Positions 53,988 to 63,496 of a DNA stretch of 64,000 bases are shown here, in pieces. A program made the translations under genes and the position numbers. A model generated the notes under the pieces. It searched no databases and was not told the origin of the DNA. It saw nothing but the letters and a program-made list of their open reading frames with translations. This stretch comes from an uncultured Bartonella sp. Lineage in GTDB: Bacteria > Pseudomonadota > Alphaproteobacteria > Rhizobiales > Rhizobiaceae. Location of the stretch: positions 1,889-65,888 of the forward strand of contig CAMLLT010000001.1 of assembly GCA_946480935.1 (NCBI GenBank), written 5' to 3'. The stretch's first letter is position 1, and each line of letters begins with the position of its first letter.

Positions 53988-55507
53988 GGCCGATCGTCCT
54001 GTTCACCTTCCACAGCAGCTTTTTCAAGCTTTCCAACAAGAGACAATTCAAAATTAGCGCCCATATATTTGAAGTGTGGACGTACTTTGATCGCGGTTTG
54101 GTACCATCCAGGTTCCCCTGCAATATCAATAACTTCAACACTAGCTGCACGCAGTGGACGTTTGCTGCGTACCTCAGAAGGAGGATTCTCTTGATCGGCA
54201 ACATATTGCTTAAGCCAAACGTTCAACTCGCGTTCTAGGTCTTCTCGTTCTTTCCACGAACCAAGTTGTTCTCGTTGTAAAACCTTGAGATAATGAGCAA
54301 TACGATTGATGATAAAAAGATACGGCATCTGAGTACCAAGCTTGTAATTTGTCTCAGCTTGTTTTCCTTCTTTGGTATTAGGAAAACGTTTGGGCATTTG
54401 TATTGAATTAGCTGAAAAAAAAGCCGCATTATCCGAACCTTTGCGCATAGTTAAAGCAATAAAGCCTTGATCAGCCATTTCAAGTTCGCGACGATCTGTA
54501 ATCAGCACTTCAGTCGGAATCTTGGCGTCAAGCTGTCCCAAGGATTCGTAAACATGGACCGGTAAGTCGTGAACTGCGCCACCACTTTGGGGACCAATAA
54601 TATTGGCACAAAAGCGATATTTCGCAAAACTTTCAGTGAGACGTGTTGCAAAGGCATATCCTGTGTTACCCCACAGATAATTTTCATGATTTGATGCAAC
54701 ATCTTCAACGTAAGAAAAATTACGTACAGGATTGTCGACGGGGTCATAAGGCTGACGAAGAAGAAAACGAGGAACTGTTAGCCCGATGTAACGGGCATCT
54801 TCAGATTCACGAAGGCTATTCCATTTGCGATAACGCGGACTTTCAAAAACTGAAGATAGTTCTTTAATCGCCGGTATATCAAGATTGCTTTTGACACCGA
54901 ACATTTCGGCTTCCGTACCACCGAAAAAAGGCGCATGTGCCATAGCCCCGACTGAAGAGACATATTGCAATAGCCGGATATCAGGTGTTGACGGACCGAA
55001 ATTGTAATTTCCAAAAATTGCAGCTACAGGTTCTCCACCAAATTGTCCATAATGAGCCGAGTAAATGTGTTTATAAAGGCCAGATTGTACCACTTCCGGT
55101 GCCTGATCAAAATCTTCAAGAAGCTCATCCTTAGTGGCTGAAAGCAGATCAAATTTTATATTTTCGCGAAAATCTGTACGATCGACAACGAATTTAAGGC
55201 CCCGCCATGCGGATTCAATTGCCTGAAAATCTTTATTATGTAAGACTTGATCGATTTGTTGGCTAATACGTCTGTCAAGATCGGCGATAAGACGATCGCA
55301 GGATCGCTTGTTTACTTTTTCATCTGGATCAGTGGATTTAAGTATTTCATTGATTAATACTTCAAGTCCTGTTTTGGCAATATCGTATTCTTATTGATCT
55401 GGAGAATAAGGGGTTGCCTCAAGAAGTTGATCAAGGATGGACGCATTAGCTACGATTTCGCCTTTAGATTCCGGGTTGTTGACAACCTGAGTTTTACCTA
55501 CGGCCAT
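53984..55507 (-). pseudogene. tssC: T6SS sheath large subunit TssC with an in-frame TAA at codon 39 (55391-55393)
   Basis: ATG 55507 after AAGGAA; frame runs ...SPDQ*EYDIAKTG...QIDQVLHN.DFQ.IESAWRGL into the 369-aa ORF; 507 codons. Confidence 0.9.
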
Positions 55508-55518
55508 TTTGCTTTCCT

Positions 55519-56076
55519 TTATTTCTTATCATCGGAAGAGTTTGAAGGGGCTGCGTTAAACGTATCCACGTCATCAAGGAGAGGTTGACGGGAAGAAATT
55601 TCTTTCAGTATTTTTTCGCGTGCCTGAGGGTCCTCAATGATATGTTGAACTGCATTGCGGAATGACGGCATATTACCGAGGGGGCCTTTCAACGCATTGA
55701 TATTTTCCCGTAAATCTAAAAGCTTTTTTATTTCTGGTATTTGTCTAGCAATCGCATCCGGCGTAAAGTCATTTAAGGAAGCAATGTTCAAGCTAACCTT
55801 TAATTCATCATCCTTGTTTCCGCTTAACGTATTTGGGACAGTAATATCGATCTTTATATTTTGTTCTTCCATCACTTTTGCGAACGTATTTTTGTCGACC
55901 GACAACACCTTCCGCTCTTCGATAGCAGTTTCATCAGAACGTCCAGTATAATCCCCAACAAAAAACAATCGTAAAGGCAGTTCTTTTTCTTCTTGTTGTC
56001 CAAGTGTTGCAGGCGTGTATTTAATATTTATGCGTTCTTTGGGAGCAACTGATCCCTCACGTGTTCCACGTGCCAT
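55519..56076 (-). CDS. tssB: T6SS sheath small subunit TssB
   Basis: GSVAPKERINIKY, ELPL, DFTPD.IA.QIPE, LKGPLGN. Confidence 0.96.
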   Translation of the reverse strand: MARGTREGSVAPKERINIKYTPATLGQQEEKELPLRLFFVGDYTGRSDETAIEERKVLSVDKNTFAKVMEEQNIKIDITVPNTLSGNKDDELKVSLNIASLNDFTPDAIARQIPEIKKLLDLRENINALKGPLGNMPSFRNAVQHIIEDPQAREKILKEISSRQPLLDDVDTFNAAPSNSSDDKK

Positions 56077-56592
56077 ATTTATTCTCCTTTTGGTTGTTAA
56101 TATCTCATCGTAGGTGGCAATTTTGACTAAAAAGGGAGAAACATAGCCTTCATCCGGCTTAAATAAACAACACCACTCTATAAGGTTATGAATGGCTATT
56201 TTTTATAAAATCGGTTATTGAAAACTATACATATGAATATTTCAGTTAAAATTTCTGAAAAATTCGATTTATATAATTTTGTTTAAAAACATCTAGGCAC
56301 CCTACTTCCGCTCTATCCAAAATTCATATTAACGTACCCTATCAACTTTTTGAATGTAAACGGGTACAATCCAAAAAGAATTGGCTGCGCAATAATCTAA
56401 TCTGGGGACTCTCGCTAATTATTAACAAAAAGTTAAATATTAAATTATGGACTTGTCAATAAACAATTTTAAAAAAAATAATTATAACCAGTTTTTTCTA
56501 CGATTAAATAGATGTAAACCAAAATTGGATGTTAACATCTGTAATTATATTGATAATGTCATTTGGCATCATGAAAGATATTTTTTTATGAA

Positions 56593-56880
56593 CTATGGTT
56601 TTCCACATGGTGCGTCATACGGACGATTTTCGTCGTCAAAGTAATGACAATAACGCACATTATTTTTATTGCGCTGGTATCCAATGATTCCGCCAGCGAC
56701 CGCACCTCCAACTGTAGTGGCATAAATTGCTTTTTCATGGTGCCCAAATAATGCGCCAGCTGTAGCGCCTGCAACAGCTCCCCCGACAGCCCCTTTACTC
56801 ACACCGACTTCCGAAGCGGTACATGCTGAAAGAATAATAAAAAATGGTAATATTAAAATAGCTGTTTTATTGGAAATCAT
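56593..56880 (-). CDS. Small glycine-zipper lipoprotein (about 95 aa)
   Basis: Lipobox LSAC, GAVGGAVAGATAGALFG...GGAVAGGIIG, C-terminal C..C. Confidence 0.8.
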   Translation of the reverse strand: MISNKTAILILPFFIILSACTASEVGVSKGAVGGAVAGATAGALFGHHEKAIYATTVGGAVAGGIIGYQRNKNNVRYCHYFDDENRPYDAPCGKP

Positions 56881-57124
56881 TGAATAAAGCCTTGTTGGAT
56901 TTTTAAATTTATCGCTAACGGTTTTGACAACTAATAGCTGATAACATCTACGGAGTAATTGAAGATTTGGTTTGATAAGTGAGAACATGTGTATAATGAG
57001 ATTTTGTATTGTTAGAATTGGATACTTAATAATATAAAACTTACAATTAGTTTTGTCTTTGTAAATATAAAATAGGAATATTTTTTGTGTATTAAGTGAT
57101 ATATTTGTGAGTGAGGGTGAAGAG

Positions 57125-57240
57125 TGCCAAATATGGCATGATGCATGCCAAAACAGGCAAAGCATTGGAATTGTATGATAATTATTGATTATTATTGATA
57201 GATTTGATTGTTTTTTATTTTTCAAATGCCAATAATGGCA
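57125..57240. promoter_or_regulatory. Three TGCCA-N4-(T/A)GGCA palindromes, candidate VasH upstream activating sequences
   Basis: 57125-57138, 57146-57159 and 57227-57240, upstream of the sigma54 promoter. Confidence 0.65.
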
Positions 57241-57353
57241 TGGTGTATGTTGGGTGTTGTAAGTTTATGATTTAATGTAGTTAAAATAATATATTGTTTA
57301 ATTACAGATGGTTAGGTTATTTATTTTTATTTTTTTGTTGTTTTTTTATGAAT

Positions 57354-57369
57354 TGGCATGGTCTTTGCT
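57354..57369 (+). promoter_or_regulatory. Sigma54 -24/-12 promoter of the hcp operon
   Basis: TGGCATGGTCTTTGCT fits TGGCAY-N5-TTGCW; 150 bp before hcp. Confidence 0.85.
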
Positions 57370-57518
57370 TAATATTGTTACAGGTGGCAGAGCAAATACC
57401 TAAGATCGGTAGTTGATTGTAAGATGTGTGTTTTTGCCACTTCCATAAGGCTTACTGGTGACGCCGTTGGCCTGATGATCAAGTTTGTAACATAACAAAT
57501 CTTTAAAGGATGTAGAAC

Positions 57519-58034
57519 ATGCCAACACCGGCCTATATAAAAATTGAAGGTGCAACACAGGGTCTTATCACTCAAGGTGCAGCGACTGAAGATTCCATCG
57601 GCAATATCTGGCAAGAAGGACATGAGGACGAAATCCTCGTGCAGGCGATCGATCATGTGATCACTATTCCTCGTGATCCTCAGTCGGGGCAACCATCAGG
57701 CCAACGTGTGCATAAACCATTCAAGTTTACTGCACCACTCAACAAAGCAACGCCTCTGCTTTATAACGCATTGACCTCGGGCGAGATGTTGACCACCTGT
57801 GAAGTGCATTGGTTTCGTACTAATACGGCAGGCAAACAAGAACATTTTTTTACAACCAAACTCACTGATGCACTGATCGTTGATGTTGATTGTGACATGC
57901 CTCATTGCCAAGATCCAAAGAATGCTGACTTTACTCAACTTGTGACGGTTTCCTTGAGCTATCGCAAGATTGAGTGGGAACATGTCGTTGCAGGTACTTC
58001 AGGTGCCGACGACTGGAGATCGCCGAAGGTTTAA
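57519..58034 (+). CDS. hcp: T6SS tube protein Hcp (Vibrio/Aeromonas/Pseudomonas-H2 type)
   Basis: MPTPAYIKIEG.TQG.IT.GA, GHEDE, PRDPQSGQPSGQRVHKP, YRKIEWEH, DDWR. Confidence 0.97.
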   Translation: MPTPAYIKIEGATQGLITQGAATEDSIGNIWQEGHEDEILVQAIDHVITIPRDPQSGQPSGQRVHKPFKFTAPLNKATPLLYNALTSGEMLTTCEVHWFRTNTAGKQEHFFTTKLTDALIVDVDCDMPHCQDPKNADFTQLVTVSLSYRKIEWEHVVAGTSGADDWRSPKV

Positions 58035-58042
58035 TGGATAAA

Positions 58043-58081
58043 GCCACATCTGTTACGAGGTATGTCTTTTGCAGATGTGGC
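58043..58081 (+). terminator. Stem-loop after hcp (stoichiometry/processing element)
   Basis: gccacatctg-N19-cagatgtggc. Confidence 0.5.
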
Positions 58082-58317
58082 AATCCTCTAGGAGGGAAAG
58101 CCCGCTTATTGGCGTTGTTGTTCTATGGCTGCCGAATAGCGTTCTCACATTGTTCAGGCTTTCTTTTTTACAAGAACCTGTGTCGGACAATCTCCGACAT
58201 GGGAACTTCAGGGTAATTGTCATATTGCCCGATCCAATCGTTGAATGGATTTTTTAAGCAGAAGAACTAAGACCGGACAGGGGGAGTAATCTCTGTTTTA
58301 TGTCAGGAGAAGCATAA

Positions 58318-60702
58318 ATGAGTGCCATGCTGCAAATACCTATATTGGATCAGAATAATGATATTGCCTTCAGCTATTGGATGAAGGAGGCGCCAGATAA
58401 CAAATTTGTTGTCACGGCCTTTGCAGTAGATGAAGCCGTGTTTGGCATGACGCGCATTGAGGTGATGCTTTCGTCGGATGATGACAATATTGATCTGCAG
58501 GTATTGATGGATAGTCCAGGAACACTGACAGTCCACCATAAATATCTTGAGACATTGCGCCACTTCTCGGGTGTTGTTGTTGAAGCGGAGCGTGGCGATT
58601 GCGGTCATCATCGCACAGCTTATCGTCTGGTTTTGATGCCGAGCCTTTATCGTTTTGATCACGGTTCCGACTGTCGCATTTTCCAGCAGAAAAAGGTCAG
58701 CGAGATTGTCAAGCAACTGTTCCAGGAGCATGAGATCGAGAATGTGATCTGGGATATTGATGATAGCGGCCATCAAACCCGGGAATATTGCGTACAATAT
58801 CGTGAGAGCCATTTGGCTTTTGTTGAACGCATTCTGTCCGAAGAAGGCATGTTCTATTATTTTGAACATGGCAAAGAAGGCGAACTGAAATTGATTGTTT
58901 CGGATAATCCTGCAGATCCGCAGGCCTGTCCGGGGCAAGAAGACCTTGAATATAATGCGTTGTCATCGGGTGCGGTAAAAGGGGTTTATTGTTCTTCGCT
59001 GAATTATCGCGAAAAGCTTCGTGCAACCACTATGGTGCAACGCGATTATACGTTCAAGAACCCTGCTTATGATCAGGAGCATAAAGAGCGCACGCCCAAT
59101 CCCAATGGCGAGAAGCAAGATTACGAGCTTTATGATTATCCGGGTCGTTATAAGCAAGATGCGGTTGGCAAGCCATTTACGCGGTATAAACTTGAGGCAG
59201 CAAGGGTTGATGCCTCATTGGCTTACGGGATATCGAATGCTCCGCATTTACTCACTGGTCATGCAATTAATCTTGAAGAACATCCCGATGATAAACTGAA
59301 CCAGAATTGGCGTTTACTGACGATCCGGCATGAGGGGGTGCAACCGCAGGCATGGATGGAAGATGGGCAGGGTGCTCCGATTGCCGATACCGGCTTGGTG
59401 GCACCGGGACTACCTGGTACAGAACTATCCGGCCTTGCTTTTGGCACGACATCATCGATGAGCCCCAATCTTCTCAAACAGGCTCTCAGCCGGCGAATGA
59501 ATTTGGCGGTACAAAACAGCAATGGCGACGATGCGCAACTTGCCACTACTTACGCCAATGCTTTTACGGCACAACCATCGAAACTTCCCTATCGTCCGCC
59601 ACAGTCTGTCAAGCCTTTGGTCGATGGCCCGCAGATTGCCACTGTTGTTGGTCCGCAGGGGGAAGAGATATTTACCGACAAATATGGGCGTGTCAAAGTT
59701 CACTTTCCCTGGGACCGTCATAAAGATCCCAAGGCAGAAGATTCTTCCTGCTGGATCCGTGTATCTATGAATTGGGGTGGCGCCAAATGGGGGCACGTTG
59801 CTCTTCCACGCATTGGCCATGAAGTTATTGTTGACTTCCTTGAAGGCGACCCCGATCAACCCATCATCATAGGTAGAACTTACCACGAAACTAATCAACC
59901 ACCTTATATACTGCCTGATAATAAAACCAAGATGGTCATCCGGTCGGATACGCATAAAGGCAATGGCTTTAATGAAATCTCTTTCGAAGATGAAAATGGA
60001 CAGGAGAATATGTTTGTCCATGCCCAGAAAGATCAGACAGTTAAGGTGCTGAATAACCGTGCCAAACGTGTGGAGGCAAACGAGCTGGAAAGCATTGGAG
60101 CCAACAAATCTGTACAGGTTGCCAACAACCATCAGGAAAAAATTGGTGGTTCGATGAATAAATTCATTGGTTCGGGTTTGGGAAGTCTGTCAGGGCTTTT
60201 AGGTCCCATTCTGGCCGCAGGAACAAAGGATGTAGAAATTGGCTCAGAGGCTATTGATAACCCGCTGTTAAAAGCTTTTGCACAAGGGCATGCAGCAGCT
60301 ACTGTCGCAGGCGAAATTTCATCGTTGTCAGCGGGTGGTGCCTTCAACTCTGCTGCCGGGCACTTTGTTAAAGCTGGGTTGAATATGGCAGGTAAAGGAA
60401 GTGCCTTGAGCAGCGTCCTGTCACAGATCATGCCAATGTCAGGTATTGCCAATACAATGGTTGAAAAATTCCAGTCTGATACGATTGGTATTGCCAGAAC
60501 CGAACAGATCGGCACCTATAAGAATACATCTGTCGGACATACAATGACAATCAATGTGGGTGAAGAATTCATTATCAAAGTAGGTGAAAAATCACGTTTT
60601 ATAATGGATAAGGTTGGTAATGTAACGATCATTGGAACTAGGTTTAATTTTTCTGCCTCAGGCGCAGTCAGCATTAACGGCAAAGTTATTGATTTGAACT
60701 GA
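58318..60702 (+). CDS. vgrG: T6SS spike VgrG
   Basis: RIFQ, REYCVQYRES, YDYPG, GPQIATVVGP.GEEI.TDKYGRVKV.FPWDR, PRIG.EV.VDFLEGDPDQP. Confidence 0.97.
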   Translation: MSAMLQIPILDQNNDIAFSYWMKEAPDNKFVVTAFAVDEAVFGMTRIEVMLSSDDDNIDLQVLMDSPGTLTVHHKYLETLRHFSGVVVEAERGDCGHHRTAYRLVLMPSLYRFDHGSDCRIFQQKKVSEIVKQLFQEHEIENVIWDIDDSGHQTREYCVQYRESHLAFVERILSEEGMFYYFEHGKEGELKLIVSDNPADPQACPGQEDLEYNALSSGAVKGVYCSSLNYREKLRATTMVQRDYTFKNPAYDQEHKERTPNPNGEKQDYELYDYPGRYKQDAVGKPFTRYKLEAARVDASLAYGISNAPHLLTGHAINLEEHPDDKLNQNWRLLTIRHEGVQPQAWMEDGQGAPIADTGLVAPGLPGTELSGLAFGTTSSMSPNLLKQALSRRMNLAVQNSNGDDAQLATTYANAFTAQPSKLPYRPPQSVKPLVDGPQIATVVGPQGEEIFTDKYGRVKVHFPWDRHKDPKAEDSSCWIRVSMNWGGAKWGHVALPRIGHEVIVDFLEGDPDQPIIIGRTYHETNQPPYILPDNKTKMVIRSDTHKGNGFNEISFEDENGQENMFVHAQKDQTVKVLNNRAKRVEANELESIGANKSVQVANNHQEKIGGSMNKFIGSGLGSLSGLLGPILAAGTKDVEIGSEAIDNPLLKAFAQGHAAATVAGEISSLSAGGAFNSAAGHFVKAGLNMAGKGSALSSVLSQIMPMSGIANTMVEKFQSDTIGIARTEQIGTYKNTSVGHTMTINVGEEFIIKVGEKSRFIMDKVGNVTIIGTRFNFSASGAVSINGKVIDLN

Positions 60703-60709
60703 GGTCGTT

Positions 60710-61813
60710 ATGTTAGCGGAAAACTCCACTCCATTTGCAGCCATTGCTTTTGAACAAGTTCATCGGGATGGAGAGCCTATGGGGGTCATCACTTGTAGAG
60801 CAACTTATGATCTTTTTGCAGATGGTCGTCTGGAATTAAGACGACAACAAAAACTCATTCTAGCGGATGAATATAAAGGACCACCGCAAGAAAATGGATT
60901 ACAAAGAGCCGGAGATTTAATTCCATTCAAACCCAACACCGATATTACTGTAATTGGCTATAGCTATGCTCCTACATTCGAACCAGCTACCGAATGGGAA
61001 TTCGGACTTAAAGTTGGTGCATATGAACGAAAATTACGATGCCATGGTTTGCGTGACTGGATAGCCAAAAAGGACCAAGATAAATGTTCGTGGTTTATTG
61101 GACCAACGCGTGGAGTTGATCGTGTGCCTTTGGATTATAAATATGCGCAAGGCAGTCGAATTGCAGGTGGTCCTCATGACGTGGCAAGCCAGTGGAACCC
61201 TATCGGTGCGCCGCAACTGAGTGAAGACTATCATCCTCATGATGAACGTATAAGAATGCCGATGATTGAGGCGTTGCAAGATCCTATAATATCACCATTT
61301 CGTTGCTATTCTCCGCGAGGCTTATCGCCCATTGCCCCGTTTTGGAAAACTCGGCAGAGATTTTCTGGCACCTATGATGAGGAGTGGATGCAACATCGCA
61401 AGCCGCAACTTCCGGCAGATTTTAACTATCTATTCTATCAAACAGCCAGTCCGGGGTTAATTTATTTTGGCTATATGAAGGGTGACGAAAGTTTAACAAC
61501 CAATAATTTGACAGCGAACAGAAAATCGCTGACCTTTAAACTACCTGGCATACAGCCTTATGCCAAATTTTCATGGCTTGATGATCGTGAAGCGCTTGTT
61601 CGCCTGAATTTGGATGGTGTCCATTTGGATTTGACCTCGGAGGTTGCACCGTGGCGACTTGACCTTACATGGCGTGCATGGGGTGTCATTTGTCCGCAAT
61701 TCTTCAAGATTGACCTTTACAGCACTCGCTTAGATGATCCTGTGCTTGATGGTATGCTCGGTTGCAATATTGAAGGGTTTACGCTCAATCAAAATAGGGA
61801 GCAGAATTTATGA
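60710..61813 (+). CDS. DUF2169 T6SS effector adaptor
   Basis: N.TPFAA, DLIPFKPNTDI.V.G, NPIG, R..F.GTYDEEW, LP.DF...F.Q.A. Confidence 0.88.
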   Translation: MLAENSTPFAAIAFEQVHRDGEPMGVITCRATYDLFADGRLELRRQQKLILADEYKGPPQENGLQRAGDLIPFKPNTDITVIGYSYAPTFEPATEWEFGLKVGAYERKLRCHGLRDWIAKKDQDKCSWFIGPTRGVDRVPLDYKYAQGSRIAGGPHDVASQWNPIGAPQLSEDYHPHDERIRMPMIEALQDPIISPFRCYSPRGLSPIAPFWKTRQRFSGTYDEEWMQHRKPQLPADFNYLFYQTASPGLIYFGYMKGDESLTTNNLTANRKSLTFKLPGIQPYAKFSWLDDREALVRLNLDGVHLDLTSEVAPWRLDLTWRAWGVICPQFFKIDLYSTRLDDPVLDGMLGCNIEGFTLNQNREQNL

Positions 61814-63496
61814 GTTACCCGCCGCGTGAAGGCAGCCGGGATATTAGTGATGCTCTGGTGATCTCGAATTATCCTGATTATTGCCGTTCGCCCAAGGATA
61901 TCATTCCCTATAATATTTACGCCTATCAATCAGATGATGCCAATACAGCAACCTCAGTACGCTTTACGGGCAAGAAGGCTCATACAACAGGTTCGATTGA
62001 AACTTGTTGTTATGGTGATGAAGCAGGTGTGGGGCTTGGTATTAATTCTGGAACACAGCTATCAATCTGTGAAGCCAAGACATTCTCCAAGACAGTGCGT
62101 ATAGAAGGCAAGCATGCCCTTCGCCATGGTGACACATGTTATATGAACAACAGAAATACTACTGGCAAAGTGTGTTATGTCAAAGATGTTAAGACCTATC
62201 AGCCAACACTTCCCTATCAAAATCCGCCACAAAAAGGGGAAAGTGATAATACAGCCAATAGAGCTCAGCCAGATTCCCATTTTTTGAGTGATGAGGCACA
62301 ACAGGCGTTGGCTTCTGGTGAACAAGTGATGACTGATGCAATGCCAGAAAGCCCGATTGCAAATGCTGATTATGCACAGGTACGCCCAATGACCGTACCT
62401 GCACCTCGTGCTAATCCGGCAATGCGTCCGCCATCGTCATTTCCGTCGCGACCACCTCGCCCCGCCAACAATGATAATTATCTCTCGCCACCACGTTCCA
62501 CGGGGCCAACAGGAGGCAGAGGAGCCCCCCCCCCGCCCAGAAGTCAATTCATCGCAAAGCGGACAGAATGTTAATCGTTATTTTATAAATCCGCAGAATA
62601 TGCACGAGTCAGGGAAACCAAACAATGGTCAAACTGAGATAACGCTTGAAATCTTGGATTCACGTTTTTGGAAAAGCGCACCAGCAGAAATCTGGGATGG
62701 CTATCGCGAACTGTCTTCTTTGCCTATATTTAATGGGGATGTAATATCAACAGCGTTCGAAAACCTATGGGCTCCATATCCTTATCAAAGGATAATCAGT
62801 CACTATAATAATTGGAACAACAGAACTAGCTGGCGAGACGAAACAGGTACGATCATTCTTCCAGAAGACATGGCCGAAATACAAAAGCTATATGCCACGC
62901 GCCTAAAGCTGATACGATCTGGGCTATTAGAAAGACCAGTTTCAGAAATAACAGACGAAAATCTGCGTGTCAGCGAAAGAAACAGGCGGCGACTGGAAGA
63001 TTGTGGCATATGGCCCTATAAATACGCCAAATGCGGTTTGTTGGACAAGCAGGCACATCACGGCATTGTTGACTATACGTTGCGGACAGGACCGTCTTTC
63101 CTCTCCAAAGCGCGGGTACCCGGTGCTCCGTCATATCTTGATGGTCTCACAATTTGTATCGATCCCCACGAACATGGTAAGATCCATCAAAAATTCGAGA
63201 GCATGATGAAGCTCAAAATAGATGCCAACAATACCGTTAGTTTTGGTGATGTGATGGAGGTTGCTTTTAAAAGTTTAGATGAAGAAGCTCGTTCAGTAAG
63301 CAAGATTTGCAAGACTTTATTTAAAGCAGCATTGAAGGTACAATATAGCGGCATTCACCCGGCGGATGGAATTGGTTTTTTTAACAGTACATACGATACG
63401 CGCTTGAGAGGGTTACGTAATCACTCTGAAGACAATCCGAATATACCGATGATGAACACATTATCCAAAGAATGGGGTTTTAAGTTTCCATGGTAA
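61810..63496 (+). pseudogene. DUF4150 (PAAR-like) plus C-terminal HNH/GHH2-like nuclease effector, split by a frameshift at C10 (62525-62534)
   Basis: PDYCRSP..IPY, GDEAG..G..SGT, SKTVRIEG...RHGD..MN..NT.G in the 61810 frame; QAHH...TICID...HGKIH in the next frame; C9 would give one ORF of about 561 aa. Confidence 0.8.

Noticed and set aside
53984-55093. 369-aa ORF as a naturally short TssC, or recoding of the stop
   Set aside because: Conserved TssC sequence continues upstream in frame to 55507, and TAA is not a Sec/Pyl codon.
56881-57225. 210-aa version of the lipoprotein ORF
   Set aside because: The extension is AT-rich regulatory DNA; the signal peptide begins at 56880.
59452-60515. Long antisense ORFs within vgrG (and similar shadows across the window)
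   Set aside because: They are opposite-strand shadows of well-supported genes.
62408-62524. Independent GTG start for the 362-aa toxin ORF
   Set aside because: The first ~40 residues are an off-frame reading of the Pro-rich linker; fusion at the C tract is more parsimonious.
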